Notes under the pieces: model-generated | Database searches by the model: none | Seen by the model: only the letters and a program-made list of their open reading frames with translations | Told to the model about the DNA's origin: nothing | Made by a program: the position numbers and the translations under genes | NCBI GenBank assembly: GCA_964521295.1 | Contig: CAZFRF010000001.1 | Location: 529,865-575,015, forward strand | From: an uncultured Gammaproteobacteria bacterium | Lineage (GTDB): Bacteria > Patescibacteriota > Microgenomatia > Levybacterales > UBA12049 | Length of the DNA: 45,151 nt | Reading direction: 5' to 3' | Part shown: in pieces, positions 37,979 to 45,151 of the stretch | Layout: every line of letters starts with the position of its first letter | Numbering within the stretch: the first letter of the stretch is position 1

Positions 37979-38019
37979 GGGGAGCTGAAAAATATTTTAG
38001 TGAGAAAAAAATCCAAAAA

Positions 38020-38601
38020 TTATTTAATAACTAAGTAGTCAATTTTTGTAATTTTAGAGTTTTTTAACTGCAAAGAAGAATTTCTAATTAATTTTTTATA
38101 ATGCTCTTTGGTTAAAATCTGGGAATAATCCGAAACTTTTTGGATAAATTCAATTCCTCGTAAGTGATCCATCTCGTGAAAGATAATTCTAGCAAGTAAA
38201 CCATTAGTTTTTAACCTAAATTTAACACCATTTTCGTCAAATGCCTCTATTTCTACTTCTTTTGGCCTTAAAACTGGTCCAAAGATATCTCCAACACTAC
38301 CACAACCCTCATAAATTAAAGATTCTTCTTTAGAAGTACTAATAACTTTAGGATTTATATATACCCTTACTTTATCCTTTTTACCAATACTTCTGGCTTT
38401 AGTAGATCTGGGAAAAGTTACAAAAACCTGATAATTTTCACCAATTTGATTAGCTGCAATACCAACTAAATCGGTTTGCTTCATACTCAGAATTAAATCT
38501 TTAATTAATTTTTGAGTTTTAGATGATTTAATATCTTGAATTTGCAGATTTTTGGTTTTTAAACGCGGATCTCCGGCTAAAATTACTTTTTTATATTTCA
38601 T
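38020..38601 (-). CDS. def: peptide deformylase
   Basis: 193 aa. The three PDF motifs are GIAANQIG, EGCGS and HEMDHLRG. Confidence 0.9.
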   Translation of the reverse strand: MKYKKVILAGDPRLKTKNLQIQDIKSSKTQKLIKDLILSMKQTDLVGIAANQIGENYQVFVTFPRSTKARSIGKKDKVRVYINPKVISTSKEESLIYEGCGSVGDIFGPVLRPKEVEIEAFDENGVKFRLKTNGLLARIIFHEMDHLRGIEFIQKVSDYSQILTKEHYKKLIRNSSLQLKNSKITKIDYLVIK

Positions 38602-38609
38602 TGAGGGAG

Positions 38610-38618
38610 ATTATAGCA
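38610..38618 (-). promoter_or_regulatory. extended -10 promoter for def (near-leaderless)
   Basis: Minus strand TGcTATAAT (38618-38610), 8 nt, then ATG at 38601. Confidence 0.4.
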
Positions 38619-38640
38619 ATTATCTTTTGCTTTTAAAACA

Positions 38641-41241
38641 TTAATTTTGATAAGTTATTGTTAACTGAGGTTTACCTTTTGAAGCCTGAGATGAGTTAAA
38701 AATTACTCCATCTGAATCTCTATTAACAAGAATAAAGGAAGAATTAACGCTTAAATGTGTTTTGACAAAATCCGTTAAATCTAAACGCACGACATCTCCA
38801 TTAACAACAGCTCCCTTATGCGACTCAACAATTGTGCCGTAAAGAGGATGATTATCATGTGTTATTTTTGCATCCTCCCATGAGCCATAAATCTCTCTAA
38901 CATTTAATCCTTTAGCTAAAGCTGACTTGGCTTCTTTTGCATTTTGCCCACTAGAGACAGTTAGCTCCAAGATTGCACTTTTAATTGTCTTACCTAAATA
39001 TGGTTTGGTATTAAATTTAAGATAAATTATATTTAACGGATTACCATCTGCTTTTAAGTAAATACTTCTACCGTAATTTTGTTTAGGCTTTGCAGCATCA
39101 GTATATGTATCATCTAGAGGGAAAAGGGTTGTTGAAAATTCTGATTGTGATCCGACCCCACAATATGTAGCCTTAGGACTATCGTTAATTAAAACAGTTG
39201 ATCCAAGTCCAATATTATTTGCATAAGCGTATATTTTATGAGGTCTTCCATTTGCTAATGAAGCAGGAGTAGTAAAGCTAAATCCATGGGCTCTTCTTCC
39301 TCCACACATCTGCGCAACGACACTCTCCCTAGGAATATTAGCAATAGTATTTCCTAAGAAAATACCACCTGCATCCTTAGGATTATCTGCATAAAACTCA
39401 ACAGTTAAGGCCTCTGAATAATTATTCTTATCACAAGCCCAACCCGTAATAACAGAACAGCTAGATGAATCATGATTACCAATTGGATCAGAAATGTCAG
39501 CAGGAGTGGGGGTTATTGACTCATCTGGGGGATCGTCCCTACCTGGAGGGTTAAACTTACCTTGGAATCTAGGATCAGCTAAAAGAGTTTTGTATGAAGA
39601 TAAAATATCAGGGATTGGATCTGGATTTGGTTTATGAGAAAAACTGTTAGAAATTAACCAATTATTTTCAGCGGTTTCACCTTTTTTATTTACACTCGAT
39701 TCAAGATCTCTAACATCTAAATTAAAATACATTATGCCTCTTAGATCTGGGAAGGTTTCGTATAAATATGTATATCCTTCTAAAAGCCATCTTTTTCTAT
39801 AAGTTGGGAATTCATCATAAGGTATATTGTTATTACTTGCGTTAATTCCCATTTCTCCAATAAGAATTTTTTTGTTGCTTTTCTTATTATCAGTAACTTT
39901 CATTAAACGCCTCATTGGACCATTTACTCCTCCAACGATTGATTCAACTGACTCATGAGCCTGCTGCTTGGTTCCGCTATAAATATCATAACCAACATAA
40001 TCTACATAATCGTTACCAGGAAAAAATGACCTTAGTATATCTTCTGAAGAATTAGAAGTTATGGGACACCAGAAAAAATAAACATTTCGTGCATTTATGC
40101 CTTTTGGATCACCTTTGATGACATCATAAACATGCTTCCAGGCGCTAATATAATTAGCTGGAGTATTACCAACATCAAAATATTGCAGTGTTTTATAAGG
40201 ACCTATTTCTTCCTTTCTTTTCCCATCTGACCAAGGGAACCAATCTTCATTCATTTCAAATGCATAACGAAAAATAATCGGTCTCCCAAATTGCTTTGCA
40301 ACCCCTCCGAATTCCTTAAATTTACTATCTAAACTACCTTCTGATATTCTTTGGTTTCCCCAATCTTTTCCAAATGTATCTGCCATAGTTAAAAAGACTG
40401 GCTTATTGTCCCCAAAAACACCGGTTAATTCGCCTGTTTTCTCAACTCTTAGTTCAATCTCCCAATAATTTACCTTCTCAGTTTTATTAACTACCTTAAA
40501 ATCAAATTTGTTCTTATTTTCATAATCTGCGGTTTCATTCTCCTTTGAGCCAACCAATGAGAAACTTGCGCCAGGAACCCAGGTTTCAAATAGTTTTACT
40601 GGAGAACCAACTACCTTTTTAGCTGGAGTATCAAAATATGTTTTACTTACCCACATTTTAGTAATTTCCGCAGGCTTTGAACTATTGAATTTTACCAATT
40701 CCTTTTCTAAGCTTTCTCCTGGATCAGTAGTATCTAAAGATAATTTATATCTTCCATCTCGCCTTAACATGGGGTCACCAACTGGTCCAATATTAACAAC
40801 AGGTGTAACTCCCTTAGAATCTAAAAATTGCAAAAATTCTAAACTTGGCGCTGGATTTTCAAGAGTAATAAACACAGAATATGTCGCTGGATAAACTCCT
40901 GTTTGTTTTTTTATATTTTCCAATACAGCCCTAACATAGGTTAAATCATACTCATGCCCACCAGTTAATCCACCGACTCCATATGCATCTACTAAGCCTA
41001 AAAATACTTTTCTGTTTCCATTTCCTGCCTCTTGCCTAATTGTAAGATAAGTACTAACTATTACAGGCGTTGAAATTATTAAAAGAAGAATTGTAACTAA
41101 AGTTAATTTGAAGAATTTTTCTTGATCACTCCACCAATCCCTTAATCTATTTAAAAAAGGATATTTTACAAATTGACCACTGCCAAAGCTTAATATTTTA
41201 GCCACGTAATTTATTCTGAATAAATTAACTGAGCTTGTCAA
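38641..41241 (-). CDS. membrane-anchored/secreted multidomain protein: GH26-like glycoside hydrolase + Cys-containing beta-sandwich-like module + C-terminal DNRLRE-like domain
   Basis: 866-aa ORF with a TM helix (LTLVTILLLIISTPVIVSTYL). GH26-like motifs: FRYAFEMNEDWFPW (acid/base Glu), PGNDYVDYVGYDIY, ILIGEMG (nucleophile Glu). Middle module: ITGWACD...VEFYADN...HGFSF...HKIYAYA. C-terminus: QNYG...YLKF...SAILEL...WEDAKITHDNHP. The track start is TTG at 41241, which doubles as a TTGACA -35. An alternative start is GTG at 41205. Confidence 0.6.
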   Translation of the reverse strand: MTSSVNLFRINYVAKILSFGSGQFVKYPFLNRLRDWWSDQEKFFKLTLVTILLLIISTPVIVSTYLTIRQEAGNGNRKVFLGLVDAYGVGGLTGGHEYDLTYVRAVLENIKKQTGVYPATYSVFITLENPAPSLEFLQFLDSKGVTPVVNIGPVGDPMLRRDGRYKLSLDTTDPGESLEKELVKFNSSKPAEITKMWVSKTYFDTPAKKVVGSPVKLFETWVPGASFSLVGSKENETADYENKNKFDFKVVNKTEKVNYWEIELRVEKTGELTGVFGDNKPVFLTMADTFGKDWGNQRISEGSLDSKFKEFGGVAKQFGRPIIFRYAFEMNEDWFPWSDGKRKEEIGPYKTLQYFDVGNTPANYISAWKHVYDVIKGDPKGINARNVYFFWCPITSNSSEDILRSFFPGNDYVDYVGYDIYSGTKQQAHESVESIVGGVNGPMRRLMKVTDNKKSNKKILIGEMGINASNNNIPYDEFPTYRKRWLLEGYTYLYETFPDLRGIMYFNLDVRDLESSVNKKGETAENNWLISNSFSHKPNPDPIPDILSSYKTLLADPRFQGKFNPPGRDDPPDESITPTPADISDPIGNHDSSSCSVITGWACDKNNYSEALTVEFYADNPKDAGGIFLGNTIANIPRESVVAQMCGGRRAHGFSFTTPASLANGRPHKIYAYANNIGLGSTVLINDSPKATYCGVGSQSEFSTTLFPLDDTYTDAAKPKQNYGRSIYLKADGNPLNIIYLKFNTKPYLGKTIKSAILELTVSSGQNAKEAKSALAKGLNVREIYGSWEDAKITHDNHPLYGTIVESHKGAVVNGDVVRLDLTDFVKTHLSVNSSFILVNRDSDGVIFNSSQASKGKPQLTITYQN

Positions 41242-41275
41242 GTTAATGAAATTTAATTAATTAAGGAGGTTAGGA

Positions 41276-41584
41276 TTACATCCTAATTTCGATATTTACA
41301 CCTGCTGGGAGATCTAAATGACCTAAGGAATCCATGGTTTTTTCTGTAGGAGAAACAATATCTATAAGTCTTTTGTGAACTTTTAATTCAAAGTGGTCTC
41401 TGGCGTTTTTATCAATGAAGGTTGATTTATTTACTGCATATACGCTTCTCTGGGAAGGAAGTGGAATTGGACCCACAATTTTAGCTCCGGTTCTTATTGC
41501 CGTATCTAAAATCTGCTGACATGCTGAGTCTATGACTCTTGCGTCGTAACTTTTGAGTTTTACTCTAATTCTTCCTTTTGGCAT
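41276..41584 (-). CDS. rpsJ: 30S ribosomal protein S10
   Basis: 102 aa. IRVKLKSYD, IVGPIPLP, and the HLDLPAGVNIEI end. Confidence 0.95.
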   Translation of the reverse strand: MPKGRIRVKLKSYDARVIDSACQQILDTAIRTGAKIVGPIPLPSQRSVYAVNKSTFIDKNARDHFELKVHKRLIDIVSPTEKTMDSLGHLDLPAGVNIEIRM

Positions 41585-41629
41585 ATGTTTATAAATAAAT
41601 CAAAGAGCTAAAGAGGCAGATATTCGTGG

Positions 41630-42811
41630 TTAGGCGATTATTTTGGAAATAACACCTGCTCCAACTGTTTTTCCACCTTCTCTAATAGCAAATCTTAATC
41701 CTTCTTCCATGGCTACTGGAGTAATAAGTTCTGCTGTTATCTTAGTATTGTCTCCAGGCATAACCATTTCTACTCCTGCTGGAAGCTCTGCTTGACCTGT
41801 TACATCAGTTGTTCTGATAAAGAATTGTGGTCTGTATCCTGTAAAGAATGGTGTATGTCTTCCACCCTCTTCTTTAGTAAGAATATAGATTTCACCTTCA
41901 AATTTCTTGTGTGGAGTAATCGAGCCTGGTTTTGCGATAACTTGGCCTCTTTCAACATCATCTTTTTCTACTCCTCTAAGTAAAAGTCCAACGTTATCTC
42001 CAGCTTGACCTTCATCTAATTGTTTTCTAAACATTTCAACTCCGGTTACAACAGATTGTTTTGTAGGATTGATTCCAACGATTTCAACAGCTTCGTTAAC
42101 TTTTACTCTTCCTCTTTCAATTCTTCCAGTTACAACTGTTCCTCTACCTTTGATAGAGAAAACGTCCTCTACTGGCATTAAGAATGGTTTTTCTAAGTCT
42201 CTTGTTGGTGTTGGGATATAACTATCAACAGCATCCATTAAAGCTAATACTTGCTTTTCTGCTTCTGGGTCGCCTTCTAATGCTTTTGCTGCTGATCCTC
42301 TAATAATTGGCACTTCATTTCCAGGATATTGGTATTTAGTAAGAAGTTCTCTAACTTCCATTTCAACTAAGTCCAAAAGTTCTGGATCTTGTACCATATC
42401 GCATTTGTTAAGCCATACTACGATTGCTGGAACTCCAACCTGTCTTGCTAAAAGAATGTGTTCTCTTGTTTGTGGCATAGGGCCATCTGGAGCGGAAACA
42501 ACTAAGATAGCTCCGTCCATTTGAGCTGCACCAGTGATCATGTTCTTGATGTAATCTGCGTGTCCTGGAGCATCAATGTGTGCATAGTGTCTTTTTTCTG
42601 TTTCGTATTCGATGTGGGAAATATTAATCGTGACTCCTCTTGCTTTTTCTTCAGGAGCATTATCGATATCAGCATAATTCATTGCTTTTGCCATTCCTTT
42701 TTTGGAAAGCACAGTAGCAATAGCGGCTGTTGTCGTGGTCTTACCATGATCAACGTGACCGATTGTTCCGATATTTACATGTGGTTTTGTTCTTTGAAAT
42801 GTATCTGCCAT
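41630..42811 (-). CDS. tuf: elongation factor Tu
   Basis: 393 aa. [28 protein letters not shown]. Confidence 0.97.
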   Translation of the reverse strand: MADTFQRTKPHVNIGTIGHVDHGKTTTTAAIATVLSKKGMAKAMNYADIDNAPEEKARGVTINISHIEYETEKRHYAHIDAPGHADYIKNMITGAAQMDGAILVVSAPDGPMPQTREHILLARQVGVPAIVVWLNKCDMVQDPELLDLVEMEVRELLTKYQYPGNEVPIIRGSAAKALEGDPEAEKQVLALMDAVDSYIPTPTRDLEKPFLMPVEDVFSIKGRGTVVTGRIERGRVKVNEAVEIVGINPTKQSVVTGVEMFRKQLDEGQAGDNVGLLLRGVEKDDVERGQVIAKPGSITPHKKFEGEIYILTKEEGGRHTPFFTGYRPQFFIRTTDVTGQAELPAGVEMVMPGDNTKITAELITPVAMEEGLRFAIREGGKTVGAGVISKIIA

Positions 42812-42927
42812 ATTTTTATAATTTAGTCAAAAATAAAAACCCTTTTGATAGGTTTGAAGTAATGATACACTAGAAAATATAATTCGTCAATAGGTATTTT
42901 GGGGTATTTTTAATAATTCCCCATTTT

Positions 42928-42936
42928 TGCTAGAAT
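42928..42936 (+). promoter_or_regulatory. extended -10 promoter; 654-aa orphan predicted leaderless
   Basis: TGcTAGAAT (42928-42936), 6 nt (taagtt), then ATG at 42943. Confidence 0.45.
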
Positions 42937-42942
42937 TAAGTT

Positions 42943-44907
42943 ATGACTGCAAGATTAGAGGCAACTTCCTCACCGGAAATTGATACCAGACAACATGGTA
43001 TGGAAATATTGACTCCAAAGTCTTATGGTATTGCGGGAAGACTCTTAGTTGCAAGCGCAGCTGAAGCAAGTAATCTTCATTTAATTCTTAACCCAGCAGA
43101 AGATATTAAAACAACTTTAGTACCCTCCTTAACTACTAAACTTGAAGGACCTGATGCTAACAGAGATATTTCTAAAATAACTCAAAGACTCTCTACCACA
43201 GAAAGAACCGCCGCATGGGATGGAACAACAGATTTAGATGCAGCCTTAACTGAATGGGTAAGGGGTTTTACGAATTATGCTACTCATACTACAAAAGAAG
43301 GTAGAAAAAATACCATTTCGGGATTAGCCGGTAAAGAAGCTGCTACTTTTACGGAAGAGGATTCACGTATTTTATATGAAACTTTTTGCCGAGACAACGA
43401 ATCAAATACTGGACAATATGTTACCGCCACGATTGGAAGACTAAAAGGTGCTGATGGAAAAGTAGATGTAGCTAAATTACAAGCAGAACTAGAAGATATT
43501 CAATGGCTTGCCTCAAGATTTTTCGGAATAGAAACAGCCAAAGCCGTTGCAGAACTAATTAAACTAGAAGCAGAACTAACTAATAACAAAACAAACACCA
43601 TTAATGTTTTACTAAAAGATCCAGCTACGAGTAGAATTGACGACTTCTACAAAGAAGAAGAAGAATTGCTAAGTAAACTTCTCGGTGAACCAGTACATAC
43701 AAGAGATACCGCTGCTACACGACCAAGCGCTACAGCACAACCAGCAACCCCACCGCCTTTACCACCAGCACCTTGGCCAACGCCTGCGCCTACAACTCAA
43801 GCTCCATGGGATGCAGTACCTGCACCTACGCCACCTGAGACAACCTTAGCTCCTATTGCCGATGACGAACTAGAAGAAGCAATGGAATCAGAAACAGGTA
43901 AAAAAGTTGAACAACTCTTAGGATCCTATGTTACATTATTAGAAAAAGATACTCTTTCACAAGAAGATGAGACAGAACGCTTACGCTTGATTGGTGAACT
44001 CGATGAAACAGTTGGAAATCGAGGAACAGTCAGTGAGTCTCTTAAAAAAATACACACTTTCTATGCAAAAATAAAAGAAAGTGGTGTTAATATTTCAGAA
44101 GTGGAAGATTCAGATGATCTATTAACAAGACTTCCAACAATAGAACCATATCTGGATGAATATGAGGACGCTGAACAGAAACTATATATTGCAGCCTTTA
44201 AAAATACTGAGAGTACTCCAACACCTAGGGAGCCGATTGCTCCCCAACCAATCCCAGTAGAACAACCAGCGGATCTAGGATCAGAGCAACCAGTTCCAAC
44301 CGCAACTCCTGAACCTGCAGCCACACCAGAACCAGAAGATGCTCCTGAACCAGCGATTGCTCCTCCCTCAAGAGTCAGGACTGAAAGAGAAGTATTAAGT
44401 GATATTAGTCATATTTCAGAGGAAAGAACCATAAGACCAATAATAACACCCGAGCAAGAATTAGCTCGTGTTCAAGCAGAAATACAAAGTATAAAAGATG
44501 GAACATTTAGAGGCGTCGACGGAAGAGTACTTCCAGAATCTATACTAAAAACTCTATTAGAGAGCGATGAAGAGGCTGAAATAAAATTGAAACAAGCAAT
44601 ACAAGATCAAAACCAAACTGCAGATAGACCTTTATTTGCAACTCAAGATCAAGAAGCCGCAGAACAAACACAGCCGGTTCCTCAAGAAGATGAACCCGCT
44701 CAGCCTAGAATTGATCAACCAGAAGAAATCTTAACACCACTTCCAGACGCACCTGAACCACCTTTATTTACAACACAAGATGATGCTGTAGCTGCTGAAC
44801 CTGAACAACCCGCAGTAAACGAAGAAACTGCACAACAACCAACTGGAAACACAGGATTAGTTGGTGGGATATTGAGAAGATTTAGGCCAGAAAATACTGC
44901 AGAGTAA
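42943..44907 (+). CDS. hypothetical acidic, Pro/Glu/Thr/Ala-rich protein (largely low-complexity) with no signal peptide or TM helix
   Basis: 654-aa uninterrupted ORF. A more ordinary N-terminal region of about 240 aa is followed by proline-rich linkers (PATPPPLPPAPWPTPAPTTQAPW; TPEPAATPEPEDAPEP) alternating with helical acidic blocks. PLF[AT]TQD is duplicated near the C-terminus. It ends in GLVGGILRRFRP. Confidence 0.55.
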   Translation: MTARLEATSSPEIDTRQHGMEILTPKSYGIAGRLLVASAAEASNLHLILNPAEDIKTTLVPSLTTKLEGPDANRDISKITQRLSTTERTAAWDGTTDLDAALTEWVRGFTNYATHTTKEGRKNTISGLAGKEAATFTEEDSRILYETFCRDNESNTGQYVTATIGRLKGADGKVDVAKLQAELEDIQWLASRFFGIETAKAVAELIKLEAELTNNKTNTINVLLKDPATSRIDDFYKEEEELLSKLLGEPVHTRDTAATRPSATAQPATPPPLPPAPWPTPAPTTQAPWDAVPAPTPPETTLAPIADDELEEAMESETGKKVEQLLGSYVTLLEKDTLSQEDETERLRLIGELDETVGNRGTVSESLKKIHTFYAKIKESGVNISEVEDSDDLLTRLPTIEPYLDEYEDAEQKLYIAAFKNTESTPTPREPIAPQPIPVEQPADLGSEQPVPTATPEPAATPEPEDAPEPAIAPPSRVRTEREVLSDISHISEERTIRPIITPEQELARVQAEIQSIKDGTFRGVDGRVLPESILKTLLESDEEAEIKLKQAIQDQNQTADRPLFATQDQEAAEQTQPVPQEDEPAQPRIDQPEEILTPLPDAPEPPLFTTQDDAVAAEPEQPAVNEETAQQPTGNTGLVGGILRRFRPENTAE

Positions 44908-44915
44908 AATTAAAC

Positions 44916-45134
44916 TTATTTAATTCCCTTTTCTTGAAGACATTTATTATATTCTTGTGTCATAGGATAAGAAACTGTAGCATTTTGCTCAGATACTGAC
45001 TGGGTAAAAATATACGATCTCGCACAACCATCAATAGCTTGATTTCTAATATAAGTATTAGCCAAGATAAAAACTAAGCTTGCGATCGCAATAATTAAAA
45101 TATAATCAATAATTTTAAAAACATTTGAGTTCAT
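44916..45134 (-). CDS. small hypothetical membrane-anchored protein
   Basis: 72 aa. N-terminal TM helix (IIDYILIIAIASLVFILA) and two Cys in the tail. Convergent with the 654-aa ORF, with stops 8 nt apart. Confidence 0.4.
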   Translation of the reverse strand: MNSNVFKIIDYILIIAIASLVFILANTYIRNQAIDGCARSYIFTQSVSEQNATVSYPMTQEYNKCLQEKGIK

Positions 45135-45151
45135 ATTTATAAATTAAGTAT

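Noticed and set aside
41242-41300. Hairpin TTAGGA-tgtaa-TCCTAA spanning the rpsJ stop codon, followed by ACCTCCTTA (anti-SD-like) on the sense strand
   Set aside because: The stem is only 6 bp and AT-rich with no U-tract. The anti-SD-like 9-mer has no obvious SD partner nearby. This is too weak to call a terminator or regulatory element.
1-45151. UGA recoding (code 25/4) as in some CPR lineages or Mollicutes
   Set aside because: TGA ends tdh (1296-1298), the VanW gene (6780-6782) and rmuC (9776-9778), each exactly at ATGA overlaps with the next gene. All conserved proteins are full length under the standard code.
1-45151. CRISPR arrays, transposases, integrases, prophage or defence islands
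   Set aside because: I saw no regularly spaced direct repeats and no ORF with a transposase, integrase or phage signature. The tRNA-Pro is flanked by recA and uppS, not by an integrase. Repeat detection by eye is limited, and a dot-plot would be definitive.

Overview
AT-rich, very gene-dense chromosomal window that is almost entirely housekeeping. It looks like a small-genome bacterium, probably from the Candidate Phyla Radiation (Patescibacteria). That placement is an inference from three things: S5 directly abuts L15 with no room for L30, TGA is used as an ordinary stop, and the genes are compact and often overlapping.

Gene content, left to right:
- greA-tdh-kbl
- an NTase-like protein and an orphan solute-binding protein
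- VanW, a cytidylyltransferase, DUF192 and tsaD
- rmuC, a cupredoxin-like protein and a UvrD-type helicase-nuclease
- RNase P RNA
- an AI-2E transporter, hup, rny, recX and recA
- tRNA-Pro(GGG)
- an isoprenoid cluster: uppS, a polyprenyl synthase, ispH and an idi-like gene
- a minus-strand tuf / S10 / spc / alpha ribosomal superoperon running from rpsI at 21.5 kb to tuf at 42.8 kb. It includes a 37-aa rpmJ that is absent from the ORF track.

I see no CRISPR array, transposase, integrase, rRNA or recognisable multi-gene defence system.

The parts that are not ordinary:
1. A secreted GH26-like/DNRLRE-like 866-aa protein plus def is wedged between rpsJ and rplC.
2. A structured rplC leader carries a promoter, a mini-ORF, an orphan 10-nt Shine-Dalgarno (SD) match and an intrinsic terminator. 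It is a candidate attenuator.
3. A 123-aa orphan with its own promoter is inserted between map and infA.
4. A 654-aa acidic Pro/Glu-rich orphan lies divergent from tuf.
5. Operon-first genes repeatedly show an extended -10 (TGnTAnnAT) 6-9 nt upstream of the start codon, which implies leaderless mRNAs.

All functional calls come from by-eye motif recognition. No searches were run.
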